This document shows positions 39,204 through 47,969 of a stretch of 64,000 bases of DNA, piece by piece (the stretch's first letter is position 1; every line of letters begins with the position of its first letter). Under the pieces are notes generated by a model. The model was not told where the DNA came from, made no database searches, and saw only the letters and a program-made list of their open reading frames with translations. The DNA lies in NCBI GenBank assembly GCA_041389045.1, contig JAWKSQ010000001.1, positions 203,063-267,062 of the forward strand. Reading direction: 5' to 3'. The stretch comes from Minisyncoccota bacterium (GTDB lineage Bacteria > Patescibacteriota > Minisyncoccia > Phycocordibacterales > UBA918). A program made the position numbers and the translations under genes.

Positions 39204-39746
39204 TTAAGCCAGTGCGACAGCTGTGAAAGACTCGGCTTGGAGTCTTTCTTTTAGCCACGTAAAGTGACTGCAGTACCATGACAGTAGTCGCTGTAGCCAG
39301 GACTGTTGACCCCAGGCTTCTAGGAGCTGGCTGTATGTGTAGGTTGTGAGACCTCGACTGTCTCGCTTGGCATTTTTGGCAGTGTCTACTACCTCAAACT
39401 CCTTGCGATTTCGGTTGTAACCGAGAACTGTGAGCCAGTGTCCAGATGCGAGACCTGTGAGGATGGCAACACTGTGTCCAAGGTCAATCTGGTTAATCAA
39501 GAAATCAATCTTGCATTGCAGATTGCCTGTGACAACTACCGCTTCAGCCACGACACCATATTTGGTAAGTGTCTGGACTGCATCCCATGGCAAAACACCA
39601 CCAAGGATAGTGCTACAGCGCACTGCTTCCACTGGTTTATCGACAGTTAAGCCCAGTAACTTCACTGCCAGCTTTCCGCAGTTTAGTCGCATGTTAGCCA
39701 CATCCTCATTTTTGGTTAGGATGGGCAAGCATCTTTTTCTAGACAC
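39204..39746 (-). CDS. papain-like cysteine peptidase, C39-like domain protein
   Basis: ..LNCGKLAVKLLG.. (candidate catalytic Cys) and ..LASGHWLTVLGYN..FEVVDT.. (candidate His), at the spacing typical of C39-like domains. Confidence 0.55.
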   Translation of the reverse strand: MSRKRCLPILTKNEDVANMRLNCGKLAVKLLGLTVDKPVEAVRCSTILGGVLPWDAVQTLTKYGVVAEAVVVTGNLQCKIDFLINQIDLGHSVAILTGLASGHWLTVLGYNRNRKEFEVVDTAKNAKRDSRGLTTYTYSQLLEAWGQQSWLQRLLSWYCSHFTWLKERLQAESFTAVALA

Positions 39747-39919
39747 ATTACACCTCCCTCAAAAAAAGAATTAAGAACGGGGAACAATTTATGACAGAAA
39801 CTATAACATATTATATAGAAAAAGCAATAGTTATCCACACCCTGCATAACACAACACCGCCTACAATCACTGTCCAGATTGGTAATATTTATATCGTGCT
39901 ATAATCAACAGAATTCAGT

Positions 39920-40555
39920 ATGGCAGACCCACTTTCTATCTTATTCGGTAGTACCGCCCGCGTGAAATTGTTACGCTTTTTTCTCTTTAATCCATCTAAA
40001 GAGTTTACTTTTGATGATATGTGTAAACGGGCGAGACTCGTTCGTCGAACTGCTCGGACGGAAATTTCCGCTTTAGAAAAAGCCGGAGTGATAGTTAAGC
40101 GTGTAGTCTACATTACTCAACCAGGAAAAGATAAAAAACTAAAAGCCTTAGGGTATGGTCTGAATAAAAAATTTCCCGAGCTTCAAGCTTTGCAAACTTT
40201 CTTGTTTGAGACCGCGCCGATTGATGGTAAGAATCTTCTGCAACACTTGCGGAAAGCGGGGACGATAGATTTCTTGGTAGTAGCTGGAGTATTTGTGCGC
40301 GAGTTCGAACAACAGCTTGATGTACTAATTGCTATGAAGAAAGTTTCCCAGTCTAAGATAGAGACGGCTATCCGTTCACTTGAGGCTGAAATCGGGATTG
40401 AGATTCGTTTTGCAGTCATGACATCTGAAGATCTATTATATCGAGTCGGTATGAACGATAAGCTGACGCGAGATTTGTTTGACTATAAACATCAGATATT
40501 AGTAGACAGGGTTGGAGTGAGAGATGAACTACATAACGGTTCATATCGCGGATAG
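39920..40555 (+). CDS. hypothetical protein with N-terminal winged-helix-like segment
   Basis: 211 aa with ..LFGSTARVKLLRFFLFNP..FTFDDMCKRARL..TARTEISALEKAGVI... Confidence 0.55.
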   Translation: MADPLSILFGSTARVKLLRFFLFNPSKEFTFDDMCKRARLVRRTARTEISALEKAGVIVKRVVYITQPGKDKKLKALGYGLNKKFPELQALQTFLFETAPIDGKNLLQHLRKAGTIDFLVVAGVFVREFEQQLDVLIAMKKVSQSKIETAIRSLEAEIGIEIRFAVMTSEDLLYRVGMNDKLTRDLFDYKHQILVDRVGVRDELHNGSYRG

Positions 40556-40737
40556 GGAGAATGATATAACTAGATAACAACTAAAAAGTTACCTGGTTTC
40601 TAAATAAAATAACAAAAGGCACTGAAAATCATAGATTTTCAGTGCCTTTTGTTAGGGTAATAAACCTGTTTCTAAACTGGGTATAAAGCTGGGGATAGTA
40701 ATGTTGATAAAAAGCCTTGTTTGACCACAGTAAATGC

Positions 40738-40765
40738 TTGACTTTATTTTTCTTTTGTATACAAT
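40738..40765 (+). promoter_or_regulatory. candidate rRNA promoter
   Basis: TTGACT, then 16 nt, then TACAAT. A second TTGACC lies 18 nt upstream. No coding potential follows until the 23S gene. Confidence 0.55.
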
Positions 40766-41328
40766 GGCGCCTACGTATTTATGATATTAGAGAGATAAGA
40801 AACGTAACCGCGCACGCCACTTCGCAATAGCGAACTGACAGCCGCGGCCACGCGGTCTTTTCTTTCTAAATCACGGAGGTACGCAGTAATTTGACAATTC
40901 CCATGAGTGAGCGTCGCGCGAGTGAAAGTGTGAACATAAAATGTTCTTACTTTCACTCGCATGACCGAACGAATGGGAGTTGTATGGCTTGACCATACAA
41001 CTGCATATTCTAAGGACGGCTTTGATAAGGGCCGTCCGGAAAAATCCTCGCTAGTTCGACGCTAGCGGGGTGCGCACGAAATTTGCTTCGGTATTTTTCG
41101 TGCGGTAGGTAAACGGTTCATCGGGTAAAGACAATTGCCGGAAGGCGGGTCTTTTCGTCCCCGATGAATCACACAAATATCTGGCTTACTTCTTGTAGGG
41201 GTAAGTCAGAGTCTGGCTTTAATTAATGTATTTTTTAAAGACCAGACAAACACTCAACAAATTGTACAGCGGTGTACAGACGTTTGTGTAAGTGAACATG
41301 TCGCCGTTTTATTACGGTGTGCAGCGTT
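40766..41328 (+). other. about 560-nt highly structured leader preceding 23S (no 16S gene present)
   Basis: A chain of strong hairpins, for example gcgagtgaaagt/actttcactcgc (40918-40960), agttgtatgg/ccatacaact, ggacggc/gccgtcc, cgctag/ctagcg, cgcacgaaa/tttcgtgcg, ttcatcggg/cccgatgaa and tctgg/ccaga. I recognised no tRNA, RNase P, tmRNA or SRP signature. Confidence 0.5.
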
Positions 41329-41544
41329 CCTTACAGGAATGTAAGGGTGTATGGTGGATGCCTAGGCTTCAAGAAGCGATGAAGGACGTGTTATGGCTGC
41401 GATAAGTTTCGGCGAGGTGCCAAATAACCTTTGACCCGGAAATGTCCGAATGGGGAAACCCTCCTGTCATCGGCAGGAACCTATGTATGTAGGAGCTCAC
41501 CCAGCGAAGTGAAACATCTCAGTAGCTGGAGGAAAAGAAAGCAA

Positions 41545-41611
41545 TATACGGAACTTTCTTTCTGATCAGATTCAACTTCGGTTGAGCCATTATGATCAGG
41601 AAGAAGGTTCT
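41545..41611 (+). other. about 66-nt expansion hairpin in 23S domain I
   Basis: E. coli GGAAAAGAAATCAACCGAGATTCC is interrupted as ggaaaagaaagcaa[..]tgcgattcc. The insert is a long hairpin: cggaactttctttctgatcag / (c)tgatcaggaagaaggttc. Confidence 0.6.
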
Positions 41612-41882
41612 TGCGATTCCCTTAATAGCGGCGAGCGAAACGGGATCAGCCCAAACCGTACGTATTTATATGTGCGGGGTTGTAGGGCAAAGACGGCATT
41701 TAGTTGCGAAGAGTTACAAAACAGATTGATAAAAAAACGCTTTGGAAAGAGCGACCCCAGAAGGTAATAGTCCTGTATTTGAAATCTATCTGACTCTTTT
41801 GTTTTTGTTCCTGAGTAGTTCGAGACATGAATAGCTCGAATGAATCTACCAGAACTAACTGGAAAGGCTAAATATTCTTGAA

Positions 41883-41928
<46 letters not shown>

Positions 41929-43368
41929 GGAGAGGGGAGTGAAATAGATCTGAAACCATACACCTACAAGGAGTCGGAGCCTCAATTTATTGGGGTGACG
42001 GCGTGCCTATTGAAGAATGAGCCGGCGAGTGTGTCTTTGTCCTTTGTCTAAGTGGTAAACCCACGGAGGCGCAGTGAAAGCGAGCGTGAATAGCGCGAAT
42101 ATAGGGCAGGGATACGACCCGAAGCGTGATGAGCTTGCCATGAGCAGGGTGAAGCGACAGTAAAATGTCGTGGAGGCCCGAACCGGTTGGCCGTACAAAA
42201 CCATCGGATGACTTGTGGTAAGGAGTGAAAAGCTTATCGAATTACGTAATAGCTGGTTCTCTCCGAAACAGCTTTTGGGTTGGCGTCGCGTGGTCCCCCT
42301 GGGGGTAGAGCACTGGAAAGAAAAGACAGGGAGAAATCTCGCTTTTCTTATCAAACTCCGAATACCAGTGGATTATAGCGCGGCAGTTAGACTATGGGGG
42401 AGAAGCTCCATTGGTCGAAAGGGAAACAGCCCAGATCGCCAGTTAAGGTCCCTAAATATATACTCAGTGCAAAGTGAGGAGGTGAGGATTCACTAACAGT
42501 CAGGAGGTTGGCTTAGAAGCAGCCATCCTTTAAAGAAAGCGTAACAGCTCACTGATCGAGAGTCCTTGCGCCGAAGATGATCGGGGCTCAAGTATATTAC
42601 CGAAACTGCGAATTCGTACCTTAGGGTACGAGTGGTAGGAGAGCGTTCGTATCTGCGATGAATGGAAGGCGGAAGCCGACCTGGAGCGATGCGAAGTGAG
42701 AATGCCGGCACAAGTAACCGCAAGACGGGTGAGACCCCCGTCCGCCGAAATACCAAGGTTTCCTTTGCGATGGTGATCATCGAAGGGTTAGTCGGTCCTA
42801 AGAGAATCCCGAATGGGGGACTCGATGGATAGCAGGTTAATATTCCTGCACACTGCTGCGTTCCTATGGAGGGACGGAGCGTTGTACTTACAGCATCTTA
42901 TTGGATTGGTGCTGGAGCACTGAGGAAGTCACGTAGGCAAATCCGCGTGGCAATATTCCGAGGTGAGTCTGAAGGTGAGGCTACGGCCGATCTGATGTAA
43001 GGAGCACGCTTCCGAGAAAAACTTCGTTTGGGTTAAGCATAGTGGTTCCGTACCGCAAACCGACACAGGTGGTAGAGTCGAGAAGACTAAGGCGAACGAG
43101 TGAGAGGTCCTCAAGGAACTCGGCAAAAAAGCGACCGTAACTTAGGGATAAGGTCCGCCCTTATAGAAGTATAAGGGCCGCAGCGAAAGATTTCCTGCCG
43201 ACTGTTTAACAAAAACACAGCTCTCTGCGAACACGTAAGTGGATGTATAGAGGGTGACGCCTGACCTATGCTGGAAGGTTAAGTACGGGGGGTGGTATGT
43301 ATTTATATGTACTGCTGGACTGTATAAGCCCCAGTAAATGTCAGCGATAACTATAATCGTTCTAAGGT

Positions 43369-43586
43369 CGAGCACCTTATTTTTAATAAGGTGCTCGACG
43401 GATTGGAACGGTTATAGGTTAAACAGCCTAGCCACAGTTACCTTACCTACGGAAACGTAGAGTAATCCAAATCTAGCCAACAAGAGACCAAATGCTAGAC
43501 ATCCGCAACGGGTAATGCCGTGGATGAAGATAGAGTCCTATTGGTGCACTTGCAAGTAAGGCTTGCAGTTTAAGAAGGAAAAATAG
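43369..43586 (+). ncRNA. ORF-less group-I-like intron in 23S at E. coli position 1931
   Basis: The exons rejoin as CTAAGGT|AGCGTATTTCCTTGTCGGGTAAGTTCCGAC, matching E. coli C1925-C1961. The 5' exon ends in U and the insert ends in G. The insert has GNRA-capped hairpins (ctacgGAAAcgtag, ..gGTAAt..). Confidence 0.7.
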
Positions 43587-44223
43587 AGCGTATTTCCTTG
43601 TCGGGTAAGTTCCGACGTGCACGAATGGCGTAACGAGTGGGAAACTGTCTCGAGGACCTGCTCGGTGAAAATACAATCCCGGTAAAGATGCCGGGTACCT
43701 GCAGATAGACGAAAAGACCCCAGGTGCTTTACTGTAGCTTCGTATTGAGGCTATTGAATTAATGCGTAGCATAGGAGGGAGACTTTGAAGTGGGCTTTCG
43801 GGTACCATGGAGTCGCCAGTGAAATACCTCTCTTTATTTTGGTAGTTTCTAACCAGATAGAAAAAATCTATCTGAGACAGTGCGTGGCAGGCAGTTTTAG
43901 TGGGGCGCTACCCTCCCAAAAAGTAACGGAGGGGTCTCAAGGTTGGTTAGGCGCGAATGGAAACCGTGCCGATAGTGTAATGGCATAAACCAGCTTGACT
44001 GTAAGGCGTAGATGCCGAACAGACGCGAAAGCGGAGCATAGTGAACCGATGGATTGCGTTAGATGCATCCGGAGATACCCGATAAAAGTAACCCTGGGGA
44101 TAACAGGCTAGTCGTGCCCAAGCGTCCATAGCGACGGCACGGTTCGGCACCTCGATGTCGGCTCGACTTATCCTGGGGCTGGAGCAGGTCCCAAGGGTTT
44201 GGCTGTTCGCCAATTAAAAAGTC

Positions 44224-44261
<38 letters not shown>

Positions 44262-44308
44262 CTCCTATCTACTGCAGGCGTCGATTCTTGAGGAGAGTTG
44301 TTCCTAGT

Positions 44309-45089
44309 AAATTTTTGCTACTTTAGGGAGAGATCCCTAATGACAACATGGCTTATAACGGTGAAGTCTACGTCACTTCCGGTTTTAGAGGTCAATACAC
44401 CATGGTCCAGTGTGTATTGAATTCGCTTGAGGACCGGAAAATTGATATGATAATACCGTGGGAAGTCGATCCAAAACAGATTTAGCATACATTGCAGGTT
44501 TCCTTGATGGAGATGGAAGCATAATGTTGCAAGTAAAACTTCGCAGTGACACCAGTCGCGGCGTGAGATTTATGACTACATTATGTCTCTATCAAGATAC
44601 TCGCCACGCGAAGCCACTTAGCTGGATGCGTGAAGTACTTGGTATCGGGTATTTATCCAATCGTAATGATGGGATGACCGAGCTAAGGATTAATGGTTTT
44701 GCTTCAGTACACAAAGTGCTTACACAACTACGACCTTTTATAAGATTCAAGACAGTTCAAGCGGATGCTTTAATGCAGGCTTGTACAATTTTGAATTCAA
44801 AAAAGATTAGTAAATTGTCTGAGCAAGAACTGCAGAGTTTAGTAGAAATTGTCTTTTTAATTAAAGACCACAACTACAAAAGCAAAGCTACTTTGTGTAA
44901 AGAAACATTGCTACTTCGATTGGGTTTGACCCCGTAACGACTTGCGCTGAAAGATGCGCGGACGCATACGCTGAGGAATCATTTCATAGAAAATGACTGC
45001 TCGTATGTGTAAGATGCCATCACCCTCGCTACTGTCCATGTAGACGGGTGAAGATATAGTCTGTGCTCCTAGAAATAGGGGAATCAACG
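44309..45089 (+). mobile_element. group-I-like intron splitting the 23S sarcin-ricin loop (after U2656, E. coli numbering), carrying a LAGLIDADG ORF
   Basis: The exons rejoin as TTCCTAGT|ACGAGAGGACCGG. The 5' exon ends in U and the insert ends in G. A possible P1 pairs uagU with Gcua (44317-44320). Hairpins carry GAGA and GAAA tetraloops. Confidence 0.75.
44458..44937 (+). CDS. LAGLIDADG homing endonuclease (single-motif, I-CreI-like size)
   Basis: 159 aa with ..DLAYIAGFLDGDGSIML.. close to the N-terminus, located inside the 23S intron. The start is GTG. Confidence 0.88.
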   Translation: MGSRSKTDLAYIAGFLDGDGSIMLQVKLRSDTSRGVRFMTTLCLYQDTRHAKPLSWMREVLGIGYLSNRNDGMTELRINGFASVHKVLTQLRPFIRFKTVQADALMQACTILNSKKISKLSEQELQSLVEIVFLIKDHNYKSKATLCKETLLLRLGLTP

Positions 45090-45168
45090 ACGAGAGGACC
45101 GGAATGAACGAACCTCTGGTCTATCGGCTGTCACGCCAGTGGCACCGCCGAGTAGCTATGTTCGGAAT

Positions 45169-45201
<33 letters not shown>

Positions 45202-45620
45202 AACTCCAAGATTAGGAATCATTAAGTCCCCTGAGAGATGATCAGGTTGATAGGCACTAAGTGGAAGCACAGCAATGTGTGGAGCTGAGGTGTACTAATA
45301 GGACGTAATTCCTGTAAGGAACGTTGCACATCGCCTTGAGCGTAAATTAACGAATTTCTTCGTTGCAGTGTCAAAAATAATTTTCGCTGGACTTCGTGTC
45401 CCGCTTGAATTCTTTTTGACACCACGCCTCGAAATTCATTTAATTTTCATCTCAAGGTTTGAAACAAGCTGTATGATTTGAAAAGTGTTTAAGTTGTGAT
45501 TTTACCTAGGGTCGGCAAAAGCTTCGCTTTTGCCGACCAAGAATTAGAATATGCGGTATAGTTTAAGACTATATTTATATTGAAAGTAGTAATAAGATCG
45601 TCAAGGTCTTTACTTTAAGT

Positions 45621-45697
45621 CTCTCTGTAGCTCAGCCGGGTAGAGCGTTGGACTCCAAATCCAAAGGTCGCAAGTTCAAATCTTGCCAGGGGGACCA
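45621..45697 (+). tRNA. tRNA-Trp (anticodon CCA), CCA end encoded, located between 23S and 5S
   Basis: CTCTCTG TA GCTC AGCCGGGTA GAGC G TTGGA CT-CCA-AA TCCAA AGGTC GCAAG TTCAAAT CTTGC CAGGGGG A CCA. It is bracketed by a 15-bp long-range stem (45583-45597 / 45716-45730). Confidence 0.85.
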
Positions 45698-45767
45698 TCC
45701 ATCACATTGTGATGGTCTTATTACTACTTTTGATATAGTTGTCACAATATTGCTATTGAAAATTTAA

Positions 45768-45877
45768 TGTTGGTGCTTTAGCGGAGAGGGTCCACCCGAT
45801 CTCATTCCGAACTCGGAAGTTAAGCTCTCCATCGCCGATGGTACTTCGCAAGAGGAAGAGTAGGTAGGCGCCAACAT
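45768..45877 (+). rRNA. rrf: 5S ribosomal RNA
   Basis: ..CCGAACTCGGAAGTTAAG..CGCCGATGGTAC..GAAGAGTAGGTAGGCGCCAACA with the ends pairing (tgttggtgc/gcgccaaca). Confidence 0.9.
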
Positions 45878-45894
45878 TAAGTTTTTTAATACTC

Positions 45895-45937
45895 CTAAAG
45901 AAAAGACCTCTGGTTTAAACCAGAGGTCTTTTCTTAG
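45895..45937 (+). terminator. strong terminator after 5S
   Basis: ctaaagaaaagacctctgg / ccagaggtcttttcttag forms an approximately 18-bp stem. Confidence 0.8.
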
Positions 45938-46087
45938 GAGAGCAAACCACAAGGTTTGCGACTACCGTGGAGAGTAGGTCCCGCTTACAGCGGCTGTCCA
46001 CTCATTGGACCTTTTCTTCGCTAGCTCAAAAAGTTCTCAATGAGTCTTGCGAAATGGGTCCCATCCCATTTCTCACGCCAACATTTT

Positions 46088-46131
46088 AACGAATACCACA
46101 ATTAATTACGTAATTAATTGTGGTATTCGTT
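46088..46131. repeat. 44-bp perfect palindrome
   Basis: aacgaataccacaattaattac|gtaattaattgtggtattcgtt. Each 22-nt arm is the exact reverse complement of the other. Confidence 0.95.
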
Positions 46132-46171
46132 ACTAATTAGCTGGGTTTTATTTTGTCTTATTACTGTCTTG

Positions 46172-46308
46172 GTCCAGCGATTTTCCTTCCGAGGAAAAAT
46201 CTCGGCAGGATGTAATATCGTTTTCTCCCTTCTGGGTCGAAAACAATATTACATCTGCATAAGTAAAATATAGTCGAAGCCATGCTTCTCGTTATTTTAC
46301 TTAACATA
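46172..46308 (+). ncRNA. copy 1 of a ~137-nt three-hairpin repeated element (candidate small RNA or cis-regulatory RNA)
   Basis: Aligns over its full length with 56211-56348. Conserved blocks are gtccagcgattttcctt, ggcaggatgta, ttttctccct..ggggtcgaaa, ataagtaaaatatagtc and ttattttacttaacata. Differences fall in loops or as paired changes in stems. Confidence 0.6.
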
Positions 46309-46493
46309 CACCACAAGAGTATTTCCATTTTCATAGTCGTTTCACTCTTTGAAAATTAGGTCAATTCGCAATAGTTAAGTAAAACAACGAGCGGAAGCTA
46401 GTATGTTTTTCTCATGTCAGAATTTGTTTTGCCCATAGCAAATTTTGACCGCTACGCTCGTTTGCTTATTCATCTGATACAATATGTCTATAT

Positions 46494-47930
46494 ATGAGTA
46501 GGTTTCGTCCTTGGGCCTTTTGGCGACGTTTAGTTTATGGTACTGGCTTTGCTAGCTTTTGGCTGGTGGTCGGGGTAGTAGTTTATTTCACTAGTTTCTA
46601 TTCGCCTGCAAACTGTTTTGATAATATCCAAAATGGTGGAGAGGGTGGTGTTGATTGTGATGGTCAGTGTGTCCGGATTTGTGCGGTGTCTGTCATTCCA
46701 CCAAGTGTGGTTTGGGTGGACAGCTTTAAGATTGTTGATGGTCAATACAATGCAGTGGCGTATGTAGAAAATAAAAACAGTCAGGCTTCAACGCGAGACC
46801 TAAAGTATACTATCAAGCTACTCGATCAGGGGACTCTGATTGCAGAGCGTGAAGGGGTAACTATCTTACCCCCTAACAGCGTTTATCCGATTTTCGAAGG
46901 GCGGATTTTGACTGAAGGTGGCAGGGCTCCGACTGAGACCTTAATTGAGATAGCGGAAGCTGATTTGTGGCTCCCGGCCACTATCGGACGAGACCAATTT
47001 AGAGTTTTAGATATTGACCTGACTAATGCTGACAGTCGTCCAAGACTTAGTACAAGTATTGAAAATACCGCTTTAATTAACGCTGAGGATGTAGAAGTGG
47101 TAGCTACTATCTTTGATGCTAGAGGGAAAGCGGTGACAGCTTCGCAAACTTTTATTGATAATTTCGACGCTCGTAGTACTAGGGAAGTGGTCTTTACTTG
47201 GCCAAACAGTATCGCCAAGACGGTTCGTAGTTGTGAGGTGCCGTCAGACATTATGCTGGTACTCGACCGGTCGGGTTCGATGACTGCTGATGGTGTTAAT
47301 CCTCCAGAGCCACTGACGAGTGCCAAGTTGGCTGCTAAAGCCTTTGTGAATCAAGTTAAGAACGATAATTTACTTGGCTTAGTTTCTTATGCTACAACAC
47401 CGACCAGTCCGCTTGAGCAGGAACTTACCAATGATAAAAGTGTCTTAGCTACAGCGATTGATGAAGTGGTGATGGGTAAGGATGGTGTGCAGTACACCAA
47501 TATGGGAGATGCTTTCAAGGTGGCCCTAGCCGAACTAACTAGTGCTAGGCATCGCCCTGACGCACGTAAGGTAATTATTTTTCTCACTGACGGTGATGTG
47601 ACCAGGCCAGTAAATCCAGAGACAGGACTGGCTGACCGTGACTACGCCGCTAAGTATGCTGAGGAAATGGCCTCGATTGCTAAAGCTAAAGATACCACCA
47701 TCTACACCATTGGTTTTGGTAAGTTTTTTGCTGGTGAGGACGCTTCAATTGCCCGCGATAAAGAATTAATTAAGAACCTAGCTTCCGAACCTAGCCTGTA
47801 TTTCGAAGCTCCGACAGTCTCTGATTTAGCAAGAGTGTACGAACAAATTGCCAGTGGTCTGTGTGAAGATGGTCCATCGCGCATTGAGGTTATTACTAAG
47901 ACTAGCACTAACTTCACCCCTCTGAGGTAG
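46494..47930 (+). CDS. membrane-anchored von Willebrand factor type A (vWA) domain protein
   Basis: N-terminal TM segment, a Cys-rich segment and the MIDAS motif ..MLVLDRSGSM.. with ..IIFLTDGD... Confidence 0.8.
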   Translation: MSRFRPWAFWRRLVYGTGFASFWLVVGVVVYFTSFYSPANCFDNIQNGGEGGVDCDGQCVRICAVSVIPPSVVWVDSFKIVDGQYNAVAYVENKNSQASTRDLKYTIKLLDQGTLIAEREGVTILPPNSVYPIFEGRILTEGGRAPTETLIEIAEADLWLPATIGRDQFRVLDIDLTNADSRPRLSTSIENTALINAEDVEVVATIFDARGKAVTASQTFIDNFDARSTREVVFTWPNSIAKTVRSCEVPSDIMLVLDRSGSMTADGVNPPEPLTSAKLAAKAFVNQVKNDNLLGLVSYATTPTSPLEQELTNDKSVLATAIDEVVMGKDGVQYTNMGDAFKVALAELTSARHRPDARKVIIFLTDGDVTRPVNPETGLADRDYAAKYAEEMASIAKAKDTTIYTIGFGKFFAGEDASIARDKELIKNLASEPSLYFEAPTVSDLARVYEQIASGLCEDGPSRIEVITKTSTNFTPLR

Positions 47931-47969
47931 TCTTTTGCAAGTTGGCTTCAGCTTGTGTAATCTGTAGTT

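Noticed and set aside
40766-41328. tRNA, RNase P RNA, tmRNA or SRP RNA hidden in the 23S leader (one hairpin, cgctag-ttcgacg-ctagcg, superficially resembles a T-arm).
   Set aside because: No complete cloverleaf can be drawn around it, and the signature sequences of RNase P (GAGGAAAGTCC), tmRNA and SRP are absent.
45955-46088. Possible degenerate second 5S rRNA copy (shares GAGAGTAGGT and CGCCAACA words with the 5S gene).
   Set aside because: Similarity is limited to two short words, the region cannot be aligned to the 5S fold by eye, and chance is likely. It is kept only as an unexplained hairpin-rich spacer.
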